Source: Camelus dromedarius (lineage: Eukaryota). Taken from it: DNA of 64,000 bases. How positions within the stretch are numbered: the stretch's first letter is position 1; each line of letters begins with the position of its first letter. Shown piece by piece: positions 35,151 to 47,258 of this stretch. A program made the translations under genes and the position numbers. Location of the stretch: contig NC_087436.1 in NCBI RefSeq assembly GCF_036321535.1, positions 119,722,001-119,786,000 of the forward strand. Direction: 5' to 3'. The notes under the pieces are model-generated. The model was not told where the DNA came from, made no database searches, and saw only the letters and a list, made by a program, of their open reading frames with translations.

Positions 35151-37240
35151 GGGTGACCATTCTTGCTGAGTGAGTGTCTGCGGGGCCACAGAGGAAGGGA
35201 CGGCTCGTGCTCCTCCGAAATGTCACAGAGTCCCCTGTCCCTCCGCCTGGCTTCTCACCTGTCCTCTCCCCCACCTGCCCGCCTGTCCACCCGGTGTTTC
35301 CTGAGCTCCCTCTGTGCCGGGCGCTGGGGACACAGTGACTTTGGACAAGTCAGGTGGAGTTAGCTGCTGCTGCTTCTTGGTTCCCAGAAGCCTTCAGTGT
35401 ATCCATGTCTCACAATCCTGATCACTTTGAACTTGGGAAATACTGTGTGCCGCTTGGCCTCCCTCACCAGACTTTGGGAACTTGCAGAGCTCAGGGCCGA
35501 GTCTTTCTTATGCCCTCGCCCCGAGCACCGAGCACCGATCACAGAGGGCCTGGCGCGGCGCAGGCTTTCCGGGAGCTCTGCTCTGCATGGGTGAGTGAGG
35601 CCGCTCTGTCCAGCTGCTCACTTTCACGAGTGAGGATGCGAGCCAGGGCCTCACGGCAGGTTTGGGTGGGACCAGGGCGCACCCCAGCCCCTGAATCCCA
35701 TTCTGGTGCCTTCCCTGCATCCTACTGTCCCTTATGTTGTGAGCTGGGGCTGTGTGTTTTGGGGTGTCTTTGCTTGGGTTTAGTCTCCGGGGAGACATCC
35801 AGGGGGCTGGGCTCCCAGCAGGTGGGTGGGTCTGCAGGGTGAGCAGGAAGGTGACGGCGGCACATCCGGGTCAGCACCTGGCTTGGCACGGCGTGTGCTT
35901 TAGTGATGCTGGGGCAGGTGAGCTCGCGTGATGCCACCTCCTGGCCGGACGCCTCGCGGACTCACACCCGCCCCGATCTGAGGGCGGGGTAGGAAGTCTT
36001 AGGGGTCTGTTCACGAGGGAGGGCCGGGACGAACATCCTCGCTGGCCAGGGAGTCTGTGTTTCAGAAATGGAACTTTGGTGACGTTGGGGCCTTTGTCAT
36101 CCTGGGGTGAGCAGGGGACTTGTAACCGCAGCTCCTTGGAGACAGGCTCGGGGCAGGGAAGGAATCCCTGTGCGTGTCCTTTTCCAGATTAGCGAACTGA
36201 GGCCCCATGAGGCAAGGTCTCTTCTCCAGCAGTTGCGTCTGAAGCCACGCCACCCTGACTCTAGAGCTCATTACCCGGCATGTGGTGGAGGGGCTGTTCC
36301 TGGGAACTGAAGCCCTTGTCTAGAGTGGGGTGGAGGGCGCAGAGACACTGTGAGAGGTGAGAGGGAGAGCCAGGGACCAGGGGTGCCACAGCCAGCAAGG
36401 TGGCCATCTGGTCACCTGAGCAGGGCAGTTCCCGCAGGTGTGATGGAGCAGGGCGGGAGGGGCCGGGGTGCCCTGTGGTCAAGACGGCAAGGTGGGAGGG
36501 CGCCACGGCAGGTGCCCCGCTGCACGGGCGCTGGAACTCCCGGGGCTGACAGGGCTTTGCGCGGGGCCGGGGGTGGGGGATGTCTGGGCGGGGCCTCCAC
36601 ACCTCCAAGCTGGCTGTTAGGAGGGCCTGGTGTCTGGGCCCAGGGCTGGCCCCCGAGAGGCAGCTGTGTGGGGTGCAGTCTGGTGTGGAGATGCCTGTGC
36701 TCAGGACCTGGAGGGTCTGGGTGTGGGGCAGCTGGGAATCTCCATGCTGACAGCTTTTCAAGAGCACACGCGCCTCACCCAGACGCCAGCCCTCTCTGTC
36801 CACTTCTGGAGTCTCCAGCTTCGAGTGTCTACCTCTGCTTTGGGTGAAAACACGGTTCTATGCCGTGTGAGGAGTGTGAGCCCGAAGCCCCTCATTCTGC
36901 TTTATTCTCTGCACGGCCTGCACTGTGGCTCTCGGTGGCCTTCGGAAGAGCCCCCATCCCCTCATGGCTCTCTGGGGGCAGAGGCCCTACAGCTGCAGGG
37001 CTGGATGGGGCTGGGAGCAGCCAGGGGACAGCCCGCCGCCTGGGGCAAGGGAGGCAGCCGAGGACACGCCCACCTCCAGATTGGAAGGCAGACCTCGAAC
37101 ACATCAACCCACCATAAACAAGACCAGTTTCTCTTCGTGTGACCTCCACAGGGGCATCGAGGGCATCTTACAAGCCAGAGCAGGAAGGAACCATGCACCA
37201 GTTAAATAAGAAAACATGCCTAAGGTGGGCTGACAGTCAA

Positions 37241-37284
37241 GGGAGGGGGTGGGGGAGGGACCGGGGAGGGAAGGGCCATGGGGA
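37241..37284 (+). other. G-quadruplex-forming motif
   Basis: Eight G3-G5 runs, mostly with 1-3 nt loops: gggagggggtgggggagggaccggggagggaagggccatgggg. Confidence 0.7.
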
Positions 37285-37439
37285 GACACCCCCGGGAACG
37301 TGGGGCGTCCCCGCAGCCCGTGCAGCCCAGAGCTCGGTGTGGAAGATCTGGACTCCAAAGTGCGTGAAAGCCACATTCAACCTCAGTAATCGGCCAAAAC
37401 ACTGATTTACTCTTTTTAACATGATGGGGAGTTTTATCG

Positions 37440-37590
37440 ACGAGGATATTTGGTGCATCCGTATAAAATACTACGTGGCTTTATTCAATGTTTTGTTTAT
37501 CCCAATCTCATCTTTTGTTTCCAAACAATATCAAGTGATAGAAAAACACAAACATGCATAGGAAAAACCCCACGTTTTACTGACAACAGT
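37440..37590 (+). mobile_element. Very old L1ME-like fragment
   Basis: ttggtgcatccgtataaaatactac and atgcataggaaaaa resemble L1ME 3' UTR motifs. Confidence 0.4.
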
Positions 37591-37889
37591 CTGTTCTGTT
37601 TATCTGTCCAGCTAGTGATGGCTTTATTGGTTTGCATAATTCTGGAACTGTGTGAGGAAGCTGGGGCTCACTTGGAGGGACCCCGAGCTGGGTCCCAGGA
37701 GCCACGCTGAAGAGAGGCGCCTCTCCCCTCCTCCCTCTCCCCTCTCTGCCCCAGACAGACCTTTCCAGTTGATCCCTTCATGCCCCTCTGGCTTTGCGGT
37801 GTACTTAGCCCTCCCCTGCCTCAGGACTCATCCCTTTGGCTTAGGACAATCTTAAAACATCTTTGGACAAATAACTCTGCTACACGGTC

Positions 37890-38270
37890 TGTATCAGTTA
37901 GGGGAGGCTCACCACTGTAACAAAAATCCCTCCAAATTAACAGCTTCATACTCTAAGTGCTTGCTTTTCTGTTCATGCAACAACAAAACTGCGTGGTCCT
38001 GGTGAACTGGGTCTCCTGCCGGAGGTGATCCGGGAACCCAGGCCCTTCACCCTGCGGCTCTGCTGTGTCCTCTGGCCTGGAGTCCTCCGTTTCCCCTGTG
38101 TGGGTGGGAAAGAGGGGGCCCCAGGGCTGTGGGGGTTCTTAACAAGGGAGTGAAGATGGGTGGGGGCGGCTATGACACCCAGGGATGTGCCCTCCTAGGT
38201 CAGGGAGACTTCGGGCTCAGCTGACTTCAAGGGAGACAGGATGTGATCTTGTTGTGAGTCCAGGGGAGCA
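37890..38270 (-). mobile_element. Old MLT1 (J/K/L-like) solo LTR
   Basis: tgtatcagttagg...ctgtaacaaaaatccc; gatccgggaacccaggcccttcaccctgcggctctgc. Confidence 0.6.
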
Positions 38271-38389
38271 GGAAAGGGCCCCTTGAGAACACCTAGCGTT
38301 TCTTTATTCCCAGTCAGTCTTTTTTGCCAAGTAAGATCAGGAAGTCAAGGGGCCAAGGCTAGCCAGTGGAAGGTGATGCTTCCTTCTCT

Positions 38390-39210
38390 GGGGTCCCTCC
38401 AAGCCCCACACACTTCTGACCTCCTTTCTTCTACCCTCCCCTGGGTCTCGTGGCCCCAGACGTCCTGGCTTTCCTTCTACCCACTGGGCTGCCTAAGCTT
38501 GTTGCTGCCCCAGGGCCTTTGCACTGAATTCCTCTGCTTGGACTGTGTTCACATGGCCGGCTCCTTCCTGCAAGTCTCTACGATCGCTTGTTCAGAGAGT
38601 TTCTTGTCAGACACCCCAGGGTAGGGCTGTCCCCCGGCCCTCGGGGCCACTCACTCTGCAGGGCCCTCTCCTTCCCTGTGGCCCCTCACCGAAGCTCATC
38701 ATCATCTGACGTGGTATCTGTCCTGCTTGTTTGCTTGGCTTGCTTTGGCCCCTGTCTCAGTCTGCTCAGGCTGCTGTAACAAACAGAGTGGCTGCAGCAG
38801 CAGGTACTTACTTCTCCCGGTTCTGGAGGCTGGAAGGCTGGGACCGTGTGTCGGCAGACTTGGGTCTAGGGGAGGACCCTCTTCCTGGCGTGGTACCAGC
38901 TGCCGTCCTGCTTGTGTCTGCAAGCCTTTCCTCATTGCATGGAGAGGGCTGTCTCTGTCTTCCTCTTCCTCGAAGGACACTGACCCCAGTGTGAGGGTCC
39001 CACCTTTGTCACCTCATCTAAACCTAATCACCCAAAGGCCCCGCACCCAGTACATCACACTGGGGGTTAGGGCTTCAACGGATACATTTTCAGGGGATGA
39101 AAACATTCAGTCCACAGCAGACCCCGTCTGTGCATGCTGCAGTGTAGACTTCTTGAGGGGAGGGATGGTCCCTAGTGAATGTTCGCTGAATGAGCCAATG
39201 CAACAGTGGA
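38390..39210 (+). mobile_element. L2 3' region split by an MLT1A
   Basis: cagggcctttgcactgaattcctctgcttgg on the left; gacttcttgagggg...gtgaatgttcgctgaatga on the right. Confidence 0.6.
38753..39119 (-). mobile_element. MLT1A-like solo LTR with probable 5-bp TSD
   Basis: tgtctcagtctgctcaggctgctgtaac...aaacattcagtccacagca; flanks gcccc / gaccc. Confidence 0.88.
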
Positions 39211-39589
39211 TGATCCCGGGATTTCTGAAGACGCCTCCAGTCCTGTCCTCTGGTTGGTCCCAGGTTCAGCCACTGGCCAGCCACCTGCTTTGCCCCAACA
39301 CGAACCAGACATTTTATATCCATTATCTCATCTAATCTTTCCAATGAACTGAGAAGAGGGTGCTCTGAGCCCTGTTGTAGAGATGAGAGATCTGGGGGAG
39401 GGCTGGACCTTGCCTCCCTCCCTTTGCCCCAGGGCCTGGCGGGAGCGCTGGCTGCTCTGCCCGTGACCTTGGGCACACTTCTGTTCCCTTCTTGGACATC
39501 TCCAGCCTTTTGTCTCTGACCACCCGCCCCTGGGACTTGAGAAGATTCCAGGGAAAATCTGCCTTCAGGGCTCTGTCTTTGCTCTTTTC

Positions 39590-40060
39590 GTTAAAAATTA
39601 ATTAAAAGCTATAAAACGTGACCATATTGGCATGACTCTTGGCTCCTAATACCAGGTGCAACAATTTGGACGGTTGAAGGAGGGGAGAGAGCAGATAACA
39701 GACGCCCATGTCCTGAAAGTTTGTCTAAAATGTCTGCCGATGGTGAGGCTGTGGGCGGTGAGGTCCCTGGGTTGGCTGTCAGCACGGCCTGGCGCCGGCC
39801 AGGCTCTGGGGGATGGGACAATTAGCTAATGAACTGGATTGAAGGAGGTGCTAATTCCACACTTGAAGTGTTAGTAATTGCTAACCATCAGGACTTCTAA
39901 TTGAGTGATAATTTTGTTCTTTCAAGGTGACAACCTTCCAGAGGCGAGGGTTTTTAAGAAGATACGTGAGATAATATGAGCTCTGTTGGGGGGCAAACAA
40001 AGTAATAAAAATCCTTTCTTGGTTTGGAAGGAGAAGTTTAATTTTGGCATGATGCCTGCA
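39590..40060. promoter_or_regulatory. Enhancer-like island
   Basis: AATTAATT 39596, palindrome ATTAGCTAAT 39821-39830, repeated TAATT cores, TCAAGGTGA 39922. Confidence 0.4.
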
Positions 40061-40509
40061 TTCAGTTCCTTGGCTCCAGGCCGGGCGGGGGCGGGGGCTG
40101 GGGAGAGCCCCTGGCCGCCTCTACATCTGGGGGTGGGGATGGGGCGTCTGCGTACCTGCCCTCTGCCAGCATCGGCTGGGATGTGACTGAGGGAGGAATG
40201 CGGTTCATCTGGTTAGGGACCACGTCAAGTTGGGCCCCTTGGGATTCCATCTGCTTCCACACAAGGTGCCTCCCCGAGACATTTGTGTGTCTCCTGCTCC
40301 CAAGGAGGGGAGCGAGCAGGCTTGGGTTTCCTGAGCAGGTCGGAGAGGAAACGCTGCCGAGGTGGAACCTGTTCTCTCAGGAGGGGTCCTGGAGACGGTT
40401 TTGTTAACATCAGCACAATTGCAGATCCGCCGGGAGTGTGTGGTGACAGCGTGGGTGAGAAGTCCTCTTGGTGTGACCTGGTTAAGAACAGGGGTCACTG
40501 GTGGACGTT

Positions 40510-40810
40510 TCTGGAGCGTCTGCTGCGTTCCAGGCACCTGGTTTACTTTCTCTCTGATCCTTGCAATGTTAGTATATCCATGAACCCCATTTTACAGATG
40601 ACACAGAGGCTCAGAGAGGTTACCTTTCCCAAGTCACAATCCTGAGAGCCTCGTGATACTGTCATTATGATTATCTTCTCACTATTCCCATTTCACAGCA
40701 GAGGAGATTGAGACCCAGAGAGGCCACAGTCTTGAGGGCTGGCCCTTCCGTTTTTATGGTTTTAATTACTCCCTTTTCACGGGAGAGGAGACGGAGGCAC
40801 GGAGATGCTT
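40510..40810 (-). mobile_element. Tandem cluster of about three MIR cores
   Basis: ccccattttacagatgacacagaggctcagagagg; cccatttcacagcagaggagattgagacccagagagg; cccttttcacgggagaggagacggaggcac. Confidence 0.75.
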
Positions 40811-41039
40811 GGATTTGCCAGATCTGCCCCTCGTAAGCTCCTGAGGCTGCGTCGTTTCCTCTTTATGAGGTTGACTTTCAATTTAATTTTGAACTATTTG
40901 CTTTTATGTATTAAGCCTTTAAACCAGCGCACACTGATCCATGCCCTCTAAGAGGCACCTAGATTTTGTTAAGCTACGGATGGAGATCTCAGTCTGACTG
41001 TCTGCTGAGTGGAGGGGTGAGCTTGAATTTTTCTAAAAG

Positions 41040-41200
41040 GAAGTTTTGGGCTGTAATGAGGTTTTCTTCATGGCCCAATATGAGGTCAATTTTTGTGACT
41101 GTCTGATGGGCAATAGAAAAGACAGCTTGTTTTCTCTAAGTTGGCCATTAACACTGTGTTTTCAATTATATCATTGAGGTCTTTGGGGTTCGTCTTTATT
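41040..41200 (-). mobile_element. Old L1 ORF2 fragment
   Basis: tcatggcccaatatgaggtcaatttttgtgactgtc resembles antisense L1 EN-region sequence. Confidence 0.5.
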
Positions 41201-41908
41201 ACTTCTTTTCTCCATCGGCCCGGAACTGAGAGCAGGGAGTTAAAGGCCCCACACGAGTCCTACCGTCTCCTTGCTCCTCTTTCTCCTGCCCCGTAGCGTT
41301 TCTGCTGCGTGCATGTTGATGCCGTGTGATTTGGTGACAGAACATTCATACCCGTTGTACCTTCCTCCTGCAGCACAGCGTCTGCGTCGCGCAGCGCGTC
41401 TCCCAGGTCCCCACGGCCGGCCGGACGCTGGGCCGGGTGCTTGTTTCCTGGGTACAGAAGCAGTGCACTCACTGCAGAACAGCTAGAAAATGTAGAAAGG
41501 TCACGGAATAAAATAACAGAGATGCCTCTCTGTCTTGGGATGGTGGTCACAATCCTACAAGGCTGTCGGTGTCTGCCCTGGTCGTAAAGGAGGAGAACGC
41601 CTCTGGGACTCAGAGAGGTTAAGTGGTCCTTCCCGCTCCGGGGCCGCAAGTGGCAGTGTGGGCGCCGCCGGGAGCTCGGGAGGGCCTTGGACTCGGGACT
41701 GCGGGTTTAAGCATCGGCGGTCTGGGACTGGTGAGGCCAGCTCTCTGAAAGTCCTAATCATGCAGTGAAGGTGACCTCGCTCACTATGCCAGGACCCGAC
41801 GCAAGTCAGCACAGGACAGAGGCTGCCCGCCGTAGCCTGTGGGCCGAGTCCATACCGTGGTCTGCCGTCTGTCACCCACGGTGCTTCAAACATTTGAGAA
41901 CGAGAGAC

Positions 41909-42303
41909 TTCATCAGTTTGCCAGGGCTGCCGGGACAAAGACCCCCAGACCAAGAGCTTAAACAGCGAAACTTATTCTCTCGCAGTTCTGAGGCTGGAGG
42001 TCCAAGACCAAGGTGTTGGCAGGGCTGGTTCCCTCTGTTCCTGGCTGGAGATGGTGTCTTCTGTCTCTGTCTCCTCAGGGTCCTCCCTCTGTGCTTGTCT
42101 CCCTCTCTTCACGCCGCGTACGTTTTTCTGAGGACATCAGTCAGATTGGATTTGGGCTGCCCTACTGGTACGACCTCATCTCATCTAATTACATCTGCAA
42201 CAATCTTATTTCCAAATACGGTCACATGCTGAGGTGCTGGGAGTTAGAACATCAACATGTGAACATTTCTGGGGGGTTAGGGGGCACGATTCAATTCATA
42301 ATA
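41909..42303 (-). mobile_element. MLT1B/C-like solo LTR
   Basis: cagtttgccagggctgcc, cagttctgaggctggaggtccaagaccaaggtgttggcagggctggttcc, taattacatctgcaac. Confidence 0.88.
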
Positions 42304-42879
42304 GTTACCAGCCTCTAAAAAGTGGGAGCTGCTGCTTCAGGGTCTGGACTTTAAGATTCTCTGAAAAACTGGAGGGTCCAGCCACGTTGGGGATCATCTC
42401 AGAGCTAGCTATCACTGGCCATGTGTCCTGGCCACCTCGCCTGTGGGGTTTTCTTGTCCTCCGTTCGTCACCGTGTGACCTGGGGGGGCCTGGTTGCAGG
42501 CAGAGGCTCTGGTCGGACAGATCTTGACTTGAAGCCCAGCTGCCCACGTCACAGGCGGGTGACCTTAAGTGAGTCATAGAACCTTCTGGAGGCTCCGTGC
42601 TGCCTCCATGTGGTTCACAGGCCCTGCTCATGGGGCTGTGGTGGGAGCACCGGGCTGATGATGGGGAGCGAGGAGTCGTACGTGTGGTCGGCCCTGGACG
42701 GGCCATCCTGGTAATAGTATGTCCAGTCCCAGGTGGGGCCGGAGGATCAGGGGTCAAGCTCAGACTCCAGACACCCCACCAATGGGTCCCCGTTTGCAGA
42801 CACAGACATTGACGCTTCTCCACCAAGACGTTTTAGCTCACGGTTTCCAGCACTCACGGACGGCAGGCTCTGCAACGCC

Positions 42880-43250
42880 GGGTAATTTATTTTTAGGAGC
42901 AACCACTCAGGAGATGTGCTCAGGGAGCCCGCTGTTTGTTTAATTGGTTTTGTGTAAGCAGGGGCCATGGCAGGATCTAAAAATATCCCGGCTGAGTTCC
43001 TCGTCCATGCTTGCGCTTTGAAAGGACCCCTCGAGTTTCTAAAGACCCGCGCTGGAGATTTGGACGGCGGCAGAAGATGTGTTCCGTCTCTGACCTTTGC
43101 CGGCAGCTGTTCGAGCATCACTCTGTGAGAATGAATTTATTTCACCACTGAATGTATTCCATTCGACGGCTGTAGACATTAATGTAGCTGGGATTAAAAT
43201 CAGGTCAACAGGATTGAGAATAAATAGCACTTTAAGCTGCAGAATACAGA
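42880..43250. promoter_or_regulatory. Enhancer-like island
   Basis: TGTTTGT+TTAATTG 42933-42945, CTTTGAA 43016, GGATTA 43191; no repeat recognised. Confidence 0.4.
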
Positions 43251-43439
43251 TGGGCCACCAAGGGGCCAGCCTCAGCCGAGGGGCAGCTCCTCTGAGGTCA
43301 AGACGGTCAAGCCCCCAAGTGACTCCTGCTGCAAGAGGTGACGGAGGGACAGCGAGGAGGGCAACCTGGGGCAAAGAAGGTCTGCTGTTACAGCGACCCC
43401 TGGGAAAGGAGCCGGCGACGGCAATTGCACAGAGCAGTA

Positions 43440-43800
43440 GTAATAGTAGCTATCGGTTTGAGAGCATGCCCTGTAGCAGCCTGTGTGCTAAAACGATCAT
43501 GGGCGTTATTTTAATTAATCCTCACAGTATTTTATTGTTTTAACGTGTGCCCCATGAGGTGGACAATGAGCTATTTAACATTCCTGCCACCGATCAATGT
43601 TAAATACCATTGATCTGCCCACCATTTGCCCGACAGAACCCACAGCATGGTTTCTGCCTTAATACAGTCTTCGTAGAATTATTATAGTATTGCTTTATTT
43701 CCGTTTTACGGATGAGGAATTCGAGGCTCAGAGAGGCGAGGTGACATGGCCCAGGTGTCACAGCAGGACAGTGGCAGAGAAGGGATCCAGCCCTGTGACA
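43440..43800 (-). mobile_element. MIR interrupted by about 110 bp of unrelated sequence
   Basis: ttaatcctcacag...ccccatgagg | insert | ccgttttacggatgaggaattcgaggctcagagagg...cccaggtgtcacagc. Confidence 0.7.
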
Positions 43801-44724
43801 TCAGCCCCCGCCCTTTTGGCTGGGTGGTCCTGTGTGGCCCCTCCCCTCCCTAGTTCTGGCCCAGGGCCCGTGGGGTCCTGCGGAGCCATCATGTCCGTTT
43901 TTCCAGGACAGCATTGACGTGTGCTGCCCTTGGTTGCCCCTCCCTGGCCCCCTTCGGGCTTCCCTTCACTGTCCTGGCACCCTCCCCTGGACACCTGCAG
44001 AGGGTAAGCCCTGCTCTGAGGGCCCTGAGGGTGGTCTGAGCAGGTCTGGCTTCAGAGCCCCCCCTCCTGAGTCACAGATGCTGTGTTGATTTTGGGTCCT
44101 GCCTCTGACTCCCAAGCGGTAGATACAGGGTCCCGCGGGCCGACGTGGACAGGAATCCCTAGTGACTCGAGAGCTCTGTCCTGTTACACTGCTGTGCATC
44201 TTTCTGCTTATTCCCTCGCAGGAAGGCAGCACGTGGTTTAAGGGACTTTCTGGGACACTTGTGTTGGGTAAAAGTCCATGAGATAGAGATGGTGGAGCTG
44301 TGGTGGCAGAGCTGTCCCTAAGTGGCCACAGCTCGGGCCACGTGCAGGTCTTGTGGGCGTGATCCCTGGGCCCGTGGCACCTGGGAGTCTGCAGATGCTG
44401 ACCACTCAGCCCGTGGCCCCCCAGCTCACTCCCGAGGGCACGGTATGTTCCTGGTGAGTCCATGTTGGTGTCTACCAACGGTCTCTCTCTTTGTGAGAGC
44501 CCGAAACTATCTGTTTTACCTTGATTCCATCACTGCTGGGATTGACGCTAAGCTCACTAGGTTATTCTTTCTGGATTCAGACATTTCCTCTCTTTTTGAA
44601 AAAATGGCGATATTTACCTCTCTCTGGGCCTCTGGCAGCCCCCTGGTCTCACTGGGAGCAGGTGATTCAGCCCAAAGAGTCAACCAGACCCAGTGGGAGT
44701 CCCAGATCAGCGGCCATTCGTCTG

Positions 44725-44830
44725 ATTTTGGACTGCGAGCCTGAGGCTCAGTGTCCCCATCTGTGAAATGGGTACAACTGCACCTACCATAGAGAGTGGG
44801 TGGTGAGGTTCAGTGAGTCCTATGGGAGAG
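44725..44830 (+). mobile_element. MIR fragment
   Basis: gctcagtgtccccatctgtgaaatgggtac...cctaccatagag...gtgaggttcagtgag. Confidence 0.65.
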
Positions 44831-45299
44831 TGTTTGGGGAAGGGAGCGCTCCCCCCACTGTCTCCCTCTTCCTGATGTGGGCTCCTGGTGGCTCCTCTGT
44901 GTTCTCTCAGCCTGTGAGGCGAGTCCCGATTCCCGGAGGCTAACGGTCTTGACAGTCATGGCTTCCTCTTCCAGCTGGAAGACCCGGGTGCCGGGCTGAC
45001 GGAGCTGCGCTGGCTCCCCAGTCCCTGTCCTGGTCCCTTCTTCTTGCATCTTTCTACTCTTGGGGATGTCACACGTCCTCTAGTTTGGAGAATAGAGCAC
45101 ACCTTGGGTCCCTGGTTTCTGTTTCCCTGTCCCCTGTCCGTGTCCCAGCCGAGGGCTCCGTGCCATCCTCCTACCCTCTCGGCTTCCTCGCAGCCACACA
45201 GCATTTATGAAACCTCTTCCTTTCCTTCTCCTTTGCGTTTTCATCAAACTGTTCGAGGTGGCCCCACCCCTTCCCCATCCGCCCCCCCCATGCCCATCA

Positions 45300-45830
45300 G
45301 CAGCGTTGTTATTTCAGTGAATAAAATACATAATTTGGAGGTAACGTCATTATGCCTAATTGTACCACGTAGATGCCAAGCAGATTTAAAACTGATGATC
45401 TCTTATGAGCTCCCTCGTGGAGATACTGTCAACACAATGACTTTGGAAATGAGCCTGTGTCTCCGGTGACTGCTTCCCCCATTAACGTCACCCCTCACCA
45501 GGGAGCAGAGAGGCAAGACGGTGGGATCTGATTTGGTGTTAGCGCACTCGTTTGAACGTGAACGCCTACAGCTGGTGCTCAAATTAGCAGCTCCTCCTCG
45601 GGAGCACGGCCTGGCAGCCAGGCCCTTGGTGCCGCCGCAGGGAGAGCTCGGGGACCGCTGCTGCCCACACTCAGCCGTCTCGTGCAGGCTGGACCGCGTC
45701 GTCACAGCATCAGCCCCCCACCTCTGTCATTATAATCCTGGGGAGTCAGGGATTATGAGTAACATTATTTTAGAAAGAAAAACACAGAGAACCTACTGCC
45801 TGACTCTTTAACAAGAGATATCCCCATGTG
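45300..45830. promoter_or_regulatory. Enhancer-like AT-rich islands
   Basis: CTAATTG, CAAATTAG; inverted TAATCC/GGATTA pair at 45733-45755. Confidence 0.3.
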
Positions 45831-47034
45831 GGGAGCGGGGGGCCCTGCTGCTGGCGGTTGTAAGGCTTTTATTAACCTGACCTTCACACCATGGCTCAGG
45901 AGGGAGAGAAGGGACAAGATGCTGCAGGGTGAATGCTAATGCCTGGAGCCCTGGCTTTAATGCTGAGGCTGACACGGGCTCCAGGGCCCTCCAGGAGCCC
46001 CGTACTCCCCGGAGGCAGCCCCAAGGGGCAGGCGTGGAGCATGGCCAGCGGGGCTTGGCCCTACCGGAGGGGCACACACGTCTTCCCTCGGTGCTGACCT
46101 GGTCTATGACACGAGCTGCCCATCGTCACCTGTCTGAGAGATGGAGGGGGGTGGGGCTAAAAGGGCACCAGACTTGGAGTCAGGAAGCCTGGGTCTGGGT
46201 CCTCACCCTGGGACCCACTGGGTGATCTTGGCCCAGGGGACAGGACGTGGAAGGGCAGAGGGAACAGCCCACGCAAAGGCAGGGGGCTCTGAGAGAACTG
46301 GAGGGCAAGATGGAGCTTGAGGTGAACAAACTCGTATCCCAGATATCAGAACCTGCTGGCCTGATAGCGGTGCCCTCGGAACGCCCTTCTCAGCCAGGTG
46401 TGGGAAGGAGTCCTGGCAATGCTAGCAGATGAGCACACGGCTTGCTAAGGAATGGGCCCTTACGCCGGATCCCACTTCACCTCACTCCTCTTCCAGGTGG
46501 ATCATTTTACCTGCCAAGTGGAAGATCAGGGACCTGGCCCCAGGCCCTGGGAACGCCACCACTGGTGTGTTTTTTTGCTTTACTTGACTTTTCATGATGG
46601 ATATATTAGTAGTACTCACTGAGCTGGTTCTACGTGCTCCAGTCACTGGACCGGCTCCTGGGCTTCTGGGCAAGCTTGTCTCTGTGGGGGGCTGAGGGCC
46701 ATGCCCTGAGGAGCTGCGGCTCCAGGTAGAGGCTGGCCATGGGGGCCCACGTCGCCATGGCAGGGTGTGGGCAGTGCCGACTGCTGCCCTCCTCTGCTGA
46801 CGCCCCCTGCCTAGCCGTGACGTCTGAGCCCCTGGCCTGGCCTTTAAGGCTCTCTTGGCCGACTCTAGCCACACCGTCTGCCCCGGAAGCCCCCACACTA
46901 ACCCCCAGCTCAGGGACCTTCCTGAAGTTCTCCTAACACATTGGGACCTCTCATGACTCCTGGGAAATGTACTTGTCCCTCTGTCCCAGCTCGCCAGCCT
47001 GCCTCTTCAACTGGCAGACCCCATGGTCATATTC

Positions 47035-47258
47035 AGGTAGGCTCTGGGCTCAGATGGATCTGAACAAATGTCGACTCTGCCCATGAATAGAGATGTGACC
47101 TTGAGAAATACACCTAGTCCTTTGGGGCATGTGTCTCCATCTGTGAAATGAGAATAATGATAGTATCTGCTCCTTCACAGGGTTGTTGTGAGAGGTAAAC
47201 GGGACAAAGCATTTACAGCACTTTGTACAGTGCAGAGGGCTCAGTGATTGTTAGTGGT
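47035..47258 (+). mobile_element. MIR, near full length
   Basis: gtgaccttgag...ccatctgtgaaatgagaataatgatagta...cacagggttgttgtgagagg. Confidence 0.85.
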
